Source of the DNA: Planctomycetota bacterium
GTDB lineage: Bacteria; Planctomycetota; PLA2; JAEUHO01
Assembly: GCA_965222115.1 (NCBI GenBank)
Contig: CBDCTJ010000007.1
Location: 3,006,731 to 3,070,730 of the forward strand
Length of the DNA stretch: 64,000 nt
Direction of reading: 5' to 3'
Under the pieces are notes generated by a model that was given only the letters and a program-made list of their open reading frames with translations, made no database searches and was not told where the DNA came from. The position numbers and the translations under genes are program-made. This document shows, piece by piece, positions 40,101-48,081 of this stretch; the stretch's first letter is position 1; the number at the start of each line of letters is the position of its first letter.

Positions 40101-40184
40101 CCCACGGCCCAACACGATCGACCCTGCTTCAAGAGGGACAATTCGCTCTTTGATGCCCTTTGTATGGATGACAAGTTCGGCCAT
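37110..40184 (-). CDS. Large FHA-domain protein with a C-terminal CAP (SCP/PR-1-like) domain
   Basis: N-terminal FHA (IVLGRGDDCEVQLIEKMASRRHLKI...LGSSNGTWF). TM segment VVVLVGLGALFGV. C-terminal ~150 aa carry CAP-family motifs (HYTQ-like SSGHHRNIL, DLGSGVAG, NFTQNFG). 1024 aa. Confidence 0.7.
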   Translation of the reverse strand: MAELVIHTKGIKERIVPLEAGSIVLGRGDDCEVQLIEKMASRRHLKITCPPAGDALAGGVIVEELGSSNGTWFGDQRIARKLCYPGDELRIGETTIRLRGAPPAVGNDVPLVSGTLDMVDLGPAGSAFVVETRSAPSAPSPRVNAPHEERPTSSRPSRSGTWGRRDREAVMRAAVVVLVGLGALFGVNHFLGNKAQVEQKRAEAERESRRVMETVAQGDAQGFAKRVADFRAKYPESPANLALAKARDELTKREQEHRTWLDEADRLARHIGNSASVDQRDELYQLAARSDYDVLQKRVNHMLRDLTSRRDRGDHDALKLLTSRVTALLNRGMPGRALALTTSFSSNRPGLPEEAQASLRELTRRAGKAVDAAHTGALAAAAKAKSTAQKASHLASAWRALVGSAHEEDIASRMNALAVMRLRTFRPPVASKPASATPSQPGGTTSSEPGSARDPATRDPSASGGSTSDPMRPSPEDEAILRESMKAEGLMRERKWGSARAALAVLVDKTGEGLLKTEWKARMADADRLISLADRLAQRVTPDSPLPKTLSMGKARIVRATQDGITLTIGKGESKAMRFGELEDDDLFTVLHVKASDTDTVLAVATLAAELGRSGGVVRALKPLYKGKRDLSAANALVARHIYGQHTVPEGGYILYKDELLDRAGHKEVLRQERIAELRHVAAELVDRMGNIPAFRKLSKVRDLRERLDKARRYALLAIFNEKHYPYPANKSSVTYQAVQREINRRVDLVRNIWNTNLSVTIKRKGRVKKIMDQWDATLTEYESLGQSTKKLKKSMAPYSVYVTERPITVRSYFYSAKERAMREYSHWVMTKYNPARDEVATVPERQQVAITNRYRMMMGFAAKVLPGGADVSAIDDKSVVKILDDGHVEDLTPLVAVRIDNRLVKAARDHSIDMTRRGYFSHHSKPNPETGEGSVDPFTRMGRAGYPNGGSENIAQSPNPQQAHDMWCQSSGHHRNILTDWTDLGSGVAGRNFTQNFGYGGGNRRVIQPTTKDLGPVTGAIAR

Positions 40185-40219
40185 GAGTGCATTCCTCGTG
40201 GGGGTATGCGGAGCATACG

Positions 40220-40235
40220 CTCAAGAACTGTGCCA
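40220..40235 (-). promoter_or_regulatory. Weak sigma-54-like -24/-12 element upstream of the FHA-CAP gene
   Basis: Minus strand reads TGGCAC-AGTTC-TTGAG. GG-N10 spacing is correct but -12 is GA rather than GC. Lies ~35 nt upstream of the ATG at 40184. Confidence 0.2.
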
Positions 40236-40308
40236 CAGCACCAGCCCTCCGGCCTTCCGAGGAAGCTCCGCAACCACCTTCGGAAGCACGACTTACGGCT
40301 GCTTGCCA

Positions 40309-40333
40309 CCATTTCGCCACCGCGGCGAAATGG
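40309..40333. promoter_or_regulatory. Perfect 10-bp inverted repeat (CCATTTCGCC-ACCGC-GGCGAAATGG) in the divergent intergenic region, a candidate operator
   Basis: Read directly. Sits between the divergently transcribed FHA-CAP gene and the HAD-like gene. Confidence 0.35.
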
Positions 40334-40422
40334 CGCACTGTAAAGCTGTCAACTTGGCTTACATCGACGTGCTACGAGAACCATGCGTGCACGACTACCG
40401 GCTGCGCGAGTAGGCTGAAACG

Positions 40423-41013
40423 ATGAGCGTCCGTTGCTTGCTATGGGACTTCGGGGACACCCTCTTCGAGGAGCTTTCGCTCTGGCGCGGAAGTGAAGAT
40501 TGGATGGCGATCTATCGTTCGTTTAGCGAGGCGGGAGGTCTGGGCGAGCGTTGGTCCCGGGGCGACATCGACGATGAGCAAGCGATCGCTGAAATCGCAA
40601 CACGGTTCAATATGAATCCGGACAGCGTGCGCGCGCACCTAAATCGCACGGATCTGTTTGTGCCTCACGCGTTCACGCTTGGCTTCTTTCAGCGAAACGT
40701 GCTTCCGCAAGCCATCGTCACCATCAACCCAGCATTGTTTCGAACCTTGGCTGTGAAACTCGGACTTGACCAATTTGTGGAAACAATGGCCATATCGGGC
40801 GAGGCGCGGACGCTCGACAAGCGACCCTTGTGTCGATTGGCGTTGGACAACATGCTCGAGCGGTACACACCGGAAGAAGCACTCCTCATCGACAATTCGC
40901 GGACTCATGTAGAGGCGTGGCGTAGCGAGGGAGGTAGTGCCTATCACTATCGCGGAGATGAATTGTTCCGGGAGCATGTCGGGGAAGGTGTGGAGTACCT
41001 TGCAGCCAAATGA
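40423..41013 (+). CDS. HAD-superfamily hydrolase-like protein
   Basis: Motif I DxDxT-like (LLWDFGDTLF). Later LIDNS motif. Confidence 0.5.
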   Translation: MSVRCLLWDFGDTLFEELSLWRGSEDWMAIYRSFSEAGGLGERWSRGDIDDEQAIAEIATRFNMNPDSVRAHLNRTDLFVPHAFTLGFFQRNVLPQAIVTINPALFRTLAVKLGLDQFVETMAISGEARTLDKRPLCRLALDNMLERYTPEEALLIDNSRTHVEAWRSEGGSAYHYRGDELFREHVGEGVEYLAAK

Positions 41014-41169
41014 GATGAGAGGCGTTGGATCGCGCACTGCGCCAATTCCTTTGACCGCCGAGTCGAAGTACATGGACGCGCCCATTGCACTTCGCGTTTG
41101 CATACGACCTTGATGTAGACTATCGCCTGCTGGACTTCGATAGTCCGCGCGGCCATTCATTTTGAACCG

Positions 41170-41592
41170 TTGGAGGCGAATATGTATATACGACTTGCGC
41201 CGTTGGTGACTTTGATCGCGGCCTTGAGCCTATCGGCGTGCGGTGACTCGGGCGCAGGCGATGTGGCCGGCACGTACGTTGTTGACTTGCCGGCGTTAAA
41301 GGTGCAGATGGAAAAAAAAGGTGAAGGCGACTCGTATCCGCTGCTTGAAATGGCGGTTAAGAATGTCGCCATCACCATCAACGCAGATGGATCGTATGCT
41401 CGCTCCCAGATTCATGGCATTCAATCGGAAGGCCGCAAAGAGGTAACGAAAGGAACGTGGAAGGCCGAAGGTGACAAGTACATCTTTACCGACGACGAAA
41501 CGGGTGCGACGCCGAAGACATTACGACGAGACGGCGACGCCCTTGTGATGAGTGACCCCAAGATGGGCGAAATGCGCTTCGTCCGCAAATAG
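41170..41592 (+). CDS. Hypothetical lipoprotein
   Basis: Signal with lipobox LSAC (…IAALSLSACGDSG). 140 aa. Confidence 0.5.
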   Translation: MEANMYIRLAPLVTLIAALSLSACGDSGAGDVAGTYVVDLPALKVQMEKKGEGDSYPLLEMAVKNVAITINADGSYARSQIHGIQSEGRKEVTKGTWKAEGDKYIFTDDETGATPKTLRRDGDALVMSDPKMGEMRFVRK

Positions 41593-41696
41593 GGCGAGGG
41601 ATGCGGGCCCCCTAAACACGAACGACGTTCCTCCAGATGAAGCAGCGCAACCAAGATAGGCGAGATCATTTGCTACGATCATGTGGGAGCCCCGCT

Positions 41697-43382
41697 ATGC
41701 CCACTCAAACCATGCCCGCTCGAAATCGCTGTGTAGCACTGATCGTTTTCATGCTGCTTGCGCTGGGTTATTCCCGGGCCAATGTGGGACACGCTTCGGA
41801 AGAGACACCGCGTTGGATCGTAGTGTATCCGCCTGCCTTCAAAGAAGCTGTTGAACCACTATGCAAGGTTCGGCGTGCCCAGGGCTTTGACGTCGTTCGG
41901 CTCAACATCAAGTCGCTCTCTACTGAGAAACCCAATCCGACCCGTGATGGTCTCGCGCTCAAGAAGCGACTTGCCACGCTTGTCGCGGAAGCCAAGGGAA
42001 AAAGCTATGCGTTGCTAGTAGGTGATGTTTCCGCGCCCGGTGCTAAAACCCCACCCGAGTCGATCGTGCCCACGCTACCGGGGACGATTGGGCGCATGCG
42101 AGGCCTGCCATCGGACAATGGGTTGGGCTGCATAGACGATGACTTGTTGCCCGACGTTGCCATTGGACGATTCCCGGTTCGAAACGCAAACGAAGTGGCA
42201 ACGATGGTCAAGAAGACGATCGCGTTCGAGCGTCAGCGAACAGCCGGACCGGACTCACTTGCTTGGCGAAAGCGCATCGCTCTCTTGGTGGGTCATCCCG
42301 GTGGAACGAACGGCTTCCAACGTGCCATCGGCGCCCGAATGGTAAACGGGGATATATCAAGCGCGATCGCGCGCGCTCATCCGTATTGGGACAAGCAAGC
42401 CGTCGTCCACATGGACATCTCGCCCTACTGCCCGCCAACGTCGGCGCTACGCAAGTGTACGATTGAAACGCTCAACCAAGGCCAGTTGCTTTCGATTTAC
42501 CTCGGCCATTCCGGCACAAAGGGATTCTGGTCGGAGAACACCTACAGCGTGACGCGTGACGACTTTGCCAAGGTTGCGTTTCATGAAGCGAGTGGTGTGT
42601 TTCTTACCTGCGGTTGCTGGGCGTGCCACAAAGGCGGCGCACGAGGCGAGGGATACGGACAAGCAGCCATTCGAAATGCCAAGGGCCCAGTCGCGGTCGT
42701 CGGTGCATTCGGAGAAAGTTACGGCGCGCTCGGCAAGCTTGCCTTGGAAGGGCTGCTCCCCATTCTGAGCAGCGCCGCGCCGCCCGGGCGGCTCGGCGAA
42801 TGGTGGCTTGCCATCAAAGCGGGACTTGCACACGGCGAAATCAGCAAGTTCAAATTCATGCTGTACGACCGTGCGGATGGCAGCGGCGGCAAGGTTCCTC
42901 TCGACGTACAGCGCAGGGAGCATCTCGAAATGTGGATGCTGCTTGGCGATCCCGCGCTGCGCCTTCCACTTGCGCCCCCGACCCTGGCACTCACGGTAAA
43001 GGGTGATGCATCACCCGGAGGAACAATCGAGATTGAAGGCACGTTGCCGGCGTCACTCGCAGGCGCCAAAGGCGAGGCGCCCAACGTTGAAATCGTATTC
43101 GAACGCCCCTACGGATCGACGCCAGCGGGCGTCGCCCCACTGCCCAAAGCAAAAGGAGCCGTCCGCGACACCGCGCTCCTGAAGCGCTGGGAGGCGGCGC
43201 GCAATCATGTACTAAGCAGGACGACGGCGACTATTACAAGTGACAGCTTTCGGGCCAACGTGCAACTGCCCACTGAACTGCCCTACAAATCGCTCACCAT
43301 CCGCGTTCGCGCCCTAAGCACCAAGTCCGCCGCCCACGGCGTGCATGTACTCAAGATCAAAGTGCCGGAGGCAGTCAAGTAG
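41697..43382 (+). CDS. Peptidase C25 (gingipain-like) family protein, secreted
   Basis: C25-like His and Cys blocks (LSIYLGHSGTKGFW and VFLTCGCWACH). Earlier LLVGDVSAPG and AIGRFPV blocks. Signal peptide follows the internal Met (MPTQTMPARNRCVALIVFMLLALG). Confidence 0.55.
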   Translation: MPTQTMPARNRCVALIVFMLLALGYSRANVGHASEETPRWIVVYPPAFKEAVEPLCKVRRAQGFDVVRLNIKSLSTEKPNPTRDGLALKKRLATLVAEAKGKSYALLVGDVSAPGAKTPPESIVPTLPGTIGRMRGLPSDNGLGCIDDDLLPDVAIGRFPVRNANEVATMVKKTIAFERQRTAGPDSLAWRKRIALLVGHPGGTNGFQRAIGARMVNGDISSAIARAHPYWDKQAVVHMDISPYCPPTSALRKCTIETLNQGQLLSIYLGHSGTKGFWSENTYSVTRDDFAKVAFHEASGVFLTCGCWACHKGGARGEGYGQAAIRNAKGPVAVVGAFGESYGALGKLALEGLLPILSSAAPPGRLGEWWLAIKAGLAHGEISKFKFMLYDRADGSGGKVPLDVQRREHLEMWMLLGDPALRLPLAPPTLALTVKGDASPGGTIEIEGTLPASLAGAKGEAPNVEIVFERPYGSTPAGVAPLPKAKGAVRDTALLKRWEAARNHVLSRTTATITSDSFRANVQLPTELPYKSLTIRVRALSTKSAAHGVHVLKIKVPEAVK

Positions 43383-43454
43383 CGTTGGCGCTCGGCGACA
43401 AATTTACGAATACCTGAACCAGATCACGTCGCTCAGGGGTTTGGATATGTGTAA

Positions 43455-46400
43455 ATGGAAGAAGTTCCACCCGGCACTGAAGCGCTACTCGTACACCGAG
43501 CGTTTCTTGTACACATCGCACGGGGGCTGCTGAACCATCACGATGCGGAGGACGCTGTCCAAGAGTCCTATTTGAAGGCCATGAAACGGCCGATGCAATA
43601 CGGCAGCTCACCCCGCGCATGGCTGGGAGCGATCGCACGCAACACATCGCGTCGTTTGGCCAAGCGTGAATCCATGCGCTCCACGGTTGAGCAACGAGGA
43701 CGGCGAAGCGACTCGCGTGTTCCATCCCCCACAGACGTTCTGGAACGTGAAGAAACTCGTCGACGCGTCGTAGCCGCAATTCTCGGACTTCCCGATAACG
43801 ATCGGGAGGTGCTTCTTCTTCGGTTTTATGAAGAACACTCGCCGCGAGAGATTTCCCATGCACTCTCAATGCCAATCGAGACTGTTCGCTCGCGAATCAA
43901 GCGCGCCCTTGCGCGCCTCCGTCGAGTACTTCAGCAAGACACAAGTACCGATTGGCATCACTGGGCAACTGGCATGCTTCCACGTGGCGGCATGCTCGGT
44001 GCGGCAACCAGCATTGCGGAACTTGGTGGAATACTTGCCATGAAGAAACTCGTCGCTGCCGCCGTCGTTTGCGTCCTCTTTGCTGCTTCCGTTTGGGTGG
44101 CCCATAGATACTTGGAATCGTCCCCTACGGTTTCAGACGACTTGAGCACCCGCACCCATTCGTCTGCAAGTGCGAAGGCGGATGATGAGCGCGCTTCACG
44201 ACCCGTACTGCGTCCGGGGGCGGGGACCGAATCCACAACCAAGAACATCGCGTTTCCCCATGGCACCGTGCACGGCGTTGTTGTGGACATCCGTGGAGCA
44301 CCTGTCGTTGGCGCCGCGATTCGAACGGCATGGACGCGCGATGATCGTTGGTTCATGACGATGCGACAAGCCTCACAAATGGCGAAGACCGACGAACGCG
44401 GGCGCTTTTGTCTCGCACCAACGAAGCACATCGATCGTGTGCATGCGAGCGCAAGAGGATTCGTGGGTGCGAGCGTCTACTGGACAGGCGGCGATGCGCC
44501 CGTACGGCTCGTGCTGAGGCGTGCCAACACGAGCGTTCGTGGAACGGTCATCAATGCGGATGGCAATGGTGTTCCGCGGGCAACAGTACACGTATTCACG
44601 CCCGAGGGCCATCAGCACGGTGTCGTTGGACATACGGATGCCAAAGGTCGATATAGCGTTCCGTTCATCACGGGGATCGACTCGTACTTGCGCGTGTGGG
44701 CCAGTGGTTACTTGGACAATTCAGTTCGCCTATTCGGACTGCGTTCCGACGCTCATGACGCAGGAGACATCGTCCTTCAACCTGCATACAGGGTGGAGGG
44801 CCGCGTCACGGATCTGGCGACGGGTGAGGCGGTCGCTGATGCGAGGATCACGACGCACGAAATGTTTGGCAAGCCTGTGCGCACGAATGCGGACGGTCAA
44901 TTTCGATTTCAGGCCACGTCTGAACTCTCAGAAGTCCGCATTCTGAAAGAGGGATATGGAGGGTCAAACGCTCCAATCGAGTTCTCAGACGGCACGGGTC
45001 GCGTGGACGTGGGCATTTCGCCGCGATCGAAGGCCGAGGTTTTCGGCACCGTATTGGCGCCAAACGGTCGCGCGGTGAGAGGCGCTTGCGTCAACATGCT
45101 GGGCAAGCACGAGCCAGTGAGGACCGATGCCAACGGCGCCTTTCGCATCACAATTTATAGAGCACGTGATGCCACCTCGTGGATTGTGGCTCGCGCACCA
45201 AATCTGCTACCCGAAATCGTTGAGGCCAAGCCCGAGCAGCCTCTTGAGATTCGGTTGGGTCATGCCGTTCCAGTGAAGGGAACGGTTCGATTGCCGAGCG
45301 GACGACCCGCGACGGCGGCACACATTCAAGTATCCCCTCTTCGTGACAGCGACAATCAATCCATGTCTGCGATCTTTGGCAACAAGCGCTTCATCGTAGA
45401 CGGTCAGGGACGGTTTCACATTAGTGAACTGCCCGTGGGGCGCTATAGGTTCAGGGCGATCCCTGGCCATGGAGACAACGCCACTCCTACGCACGTTGAT
45501 GTGACAGTGCGAGCCAACCTGCCCACGCGGGACGTGGAACTCAAACTCCCGCCGGGCCTGGAAATCACGGGCACGGTATCCGATGTATCTGGAAACGCCA
45601 TTCCGTTCGCATCGGTAAGAACAACTCAAGACGGGACTTCACGCATTATTTGCGCGAGTGAACAAGGGACATTTCGTATCGTTGCCCACCCGAATGAACG
45701 CATCGACGTGCAGGTACATGCGGCTGACTACCGCAATTGGTCACGTACTTTCACAGCGATAGATCCCTCGCTGGACGTTGTGCTCATGCGCGCATACACA
45801 CTTCAACTCGTGCTCAAGGGCGAGTGGATACCACCCCCGGGCTCCCAGGCCTACATCCAGTACGTTGATCGAGAGGGACGTGGCAATTCCGGAGGAAGCG
45901 TTTCGGTCCTGAAGGGAGTCGTCCGAGACGAATTGTGGATCGATTCGCCTTCGAAGAACAGAGTCGCCATTCAAGGTCTAGGGTGGAAGACGAATCCTGT
46001 GCTTATACCCGAACAGCCCGAGGATGGCATGGCTACGCTCGACGTGCAGGTCATCCCAAAATCGCCTGGCAAGCCAATCGAATGGCCCGGCATTCCAGGA
46101 ACTGTGCCACGTACCTCACCCACAGGAACAGACGCCAAAGAAGTCGAAGTAGGCAGCATAGTTGGGCATGTGAATGGGAGCGAAGCAGAGCTTCTTGGCG
46201 CTGAGATCGTTGCGCATGGAGCGCCTGTCGTTCTCAAATCACGGGTAGAGGGTCGCGATGTTGAACACAAGCGGTATACACATCGAAACGCGACGATTGA
46301 AAAGGATGGAACGTTCAAACTTGCAGACGTGCCCGTGGGGACGTGGACCGTTCAGTGCAAGCGAAATGGCCGCAGAAGCAAGCCCATTACGGTGACGGTC

Positions 46401-47237
46401 AAGGCCAACGAAGAAACACAGGTTGATAGCCTGCAGGCGCCTCCCATTGGACGCGCCCTCGCTGTCTCCGTGGTGGATGCTGAGGGCAAGCCCATCTCCG
46501 GTGTCGGCATTCGCGCCAACGCAATACCGCGATCAATGTCCGGGTTACGCGCGAGCAGGTTTGAATACATTTCAGGTAGTGGGACGACAGGCCCCGATGG
46601 ACTCGTCACACTCCAAGATTTGGGGTCGGGCGCTTACCTTCTCACCGCGACGCACCCGCGTGGCAACTGCCAATTAGCCCGCGTTGCTCCCGGCGAAAAC
46701 AAGGTTGTTATGCCCTTCGTATGGCACGGGCTCATACGCGGCGTTGTCGAAGGACCCTGGGGCACAGAACAGATGCTTTCTGGGAGCGTCCAGTTTCACG
46801 GTACGCACTACCGAACGGGTGCCGACCTCGTACGAAACGGTCTTGAATTTGCGTTTGAACAACGCGTGCCACCGGGGACTTACACGCTCATGGCAACGAT
46901 GGGCAACTATGTCAACCGCGAACCCGCCACGGTCAATGTGCTAGAGGGTTCGGCGACGCAACTTCAGCGAATCACCATGGTTTCCGGTGGCTCGCTGACA
47001 GTTCAGCTTGTGGACGAGAACGGCGCACCCACGAAGGGAAGGCTCTCGCTCCCCGACACGTGGTCAGGAAACGACCAACGAGCCGTCGCACGGTACGAAC
47101 GCGAGACGTTTGAGTTGAACAGTCTTCCGCTCGGGACATGGACAATCCGCGCGGAGGGGCGCAAAGGCAATGCCGTGGCTGATGTGTCGATCGAACAAGG
47201 ATCTCGCGAGTCGCTGCGTCTAACGCTCACGAAGTGA
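43455..47237 (+). CDS. ECF-type sigma-70 factor fused in one frame to a TM helix and a ~1050-aa extracytoplasmic region of repeated CarboxypepD_reg/Cna-B-like beta-sandwich modules
   Basis: Residues ~25-190 carry sigma region 2 (AEDAVQESYLKAMKRP) and region 4 (PDNDREVLLLRFYEEHSPREISHALSMPIETVRSRIKRALARLRRVL). No stop before MKKLVAAAVVCVLFAASVWVA (TM). At least 8 repeats follow, of the type G[TR]V.D..G.[AP]v..A.[IV]. The ORF track shows one continuous 1260-aa frame. Confidence 0.65.
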   Translation: MEEVPPGTEALLVHRAFLVHIARGLLNHHDAEDAVQESYLKAMKRPMQYGSSPRAWLGAIARNTSRRLAKRESMRSTVEQRGRRSDSRVPSPTDVLEREETRRRVVAAILGLPDNDREVLLLRFYEEHSPREISHALSMPIETVRSRIKRALARLRRVLQQDTSTDWHHWATGMLPRGGMLGAATSIAELGGILAMKKLVAAAVVCVLFAASVWVAHRYLESSPTVSDDLSTRTHSSASAKADDERASRPVLRPGAGTESTTKNIAFPHGTVHGVVVDIRGAPVVGAAIRTAWTRDDRWFMTMRQASQMAKTDERGRFCLAPTKHIDRVHASARGFVGASVYWTGGDAPVRLVLRRANTSVRGTVINADGNGVPRATVHVFTPEGHQHGVVGHTDAKGRYSVPFITGIDSYLRVWASGYLDNSVRLFGLRSDAHDAGDIVLQPAYRVEGRVTDLATGEAVADARITTHEMFGKPVRTNADGQFRFQATSELSEVRILKEGYGGSNAPIEFSDGTGRVDVGISPRSKAEVFGTVLAPNGRAVRGACVNMLGKHEPVRTDANGAFRITIYRARDATSWIVARAPNLLPEIVEAKPEQPLEIRLGHAVPVKGTVRLPSGRPATAAHIQVSPLRDSDNQSMSAIFGNKRFIVDGQGRFHISELPVGRYRFRAIPGHGDNATPTHVDVTVRANLPTRDVELKLPPGLEITGTVSDVSGNAIPFASVRTTQDGTSRIICASEQGTFRIVAHPNERIDVQVHAADYRNWSRTFTAIDPSLDVVLMRAYTLQLVLKGEWIPPPGSQAYIQYVDREGRGNSGGSVSVLKGVVRDELWIDSPSKNRVAIQGLGWKTNPVLIPEQPEDGMATLDVQVIPKSPGKPIEWPGIPGTVPRTSPTGTDAKEVEVGSIVGHVNGSEAELLGAEIVAHGAPVVLKSRVEGRDVEHKRYTHRNATIEKDGTFKLADVPVGTWTVQCKRNGRRSKPITVTVKANEETQVDSLQAPPIGRALAVSVVDAEGKPISGVGIRANAIPRSMSGLRASRFEYISGSGTTGPDGLVTLQDLGSGAYLLTATHPRGNCQLARVAPGENKVVMPFVWHGLIRGVVEGPWGTEQMLSGSVQFHGTHYRTGADLVRNGLEFAFEQRVPPGTYTLMATMGNYVNREPATVNVLEGSATQLQRITMVSGGSLTVQLVDENGAPTKGRLSLPDTWSGNDQRAVARYERETFELNSLPLGTWTIRAEGRKGNAVADVSIEQGSRESLRLTLTK

Positions 47238-47345
47238 CATTGGGGCCCCCTGGGCCGCGATCCGAACTTGTTTGCTCTCCCCTGCGATCCCACGCCTCAT
47301 TTTCGTACATGCCTCTGTACGCGCAATCGTTCGCTGGAGGTCGCC

Positions 47346-47999
47346 ATGAAACTCACAACCACGTCAGTCATTCGACTCCTGTTGGCAACGGCCGCCGGGC
47401 TGGGGCTTGGCTACGCCCTGGGAGACACGCTTGGGTACGTGAGCAATACCTCAGACGAGCTCAGCGCGCGGCTGGTCGTCAATACCACACTTACGGGAGG
47501 AGTTGCCGGACTTCTGCTGGCACTTTTCTCGCGGTTCCGCTTCATGCGTCCTCATCGAAGAATTGCGGCGACGTTCCTGGGCAGCGGGGCCGGGTTTGCT
47601 CTCGCGCTTCTCGCGCACGCCATGACTCGCGATTTCTCCGACAACAAACTTCTGTTCTTCTCATCCTTTGCGGTGTTGGGCGCACTCCTGTGCGCGACCG
47701 GGCGCCGGGGTGAGGCGGCAACCAAGCCGTCGATCCTCACGCGGACGGCCCCCGCGATGGGCACGATCGCACGTGGCGCACTGATCGGCTTGGTGGTGGC
47801 ATTGGGCGTCATTGCACTTTGCGAAACGGGGAAGCGTTCGGACTTGGCGTATCTCGCTTACCTCATCTTCCTGGTTGTGGGCACCGGAAGCGGGCTCGTC
47901 ATCGGCCTACTGGTTGCATGGACGCGTTCGACGCGCAAATCGAACACTCGGGGCAGGCGCATGTCACGTCGCCCGAGGTCGAAGCGTGTCTCTGCGTGA
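47346..47999 (+). CDS. Hypothetical polytopic membrane protein
   Basis: GGAGG SD 6 nt before the ATG at 47346. At least 4 predicted TM segments. Basic C-terminus. Confidence 0.55.
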   Translation: MKLTTTSVIRLLLATAAGLGLGYALGDTLGYVSNTSDELSARLVVNTTLTGGVAGLLLALFSRFRFMRPHRRIAATFLGSGAGFALALLAHAMTRDFSDNKLLFFSSFAVLGALLCATGRRGEAATKPSILTRTAPAMGTIARGALIGLVVALGVIALCETGKRSDLAYLAYLIFLVVGTGSGLVIGLLVAWTRSTRKSNTRGRRMSRRPRSKRVSA

Positions 48000-48081
48000 C
48001 CTTTACGCATGCGTCCCCTAAGGACGTGGGCACCCGCATGATCCACGGCGGATTTCATGGATCACGGTCCATCGAAATAGC

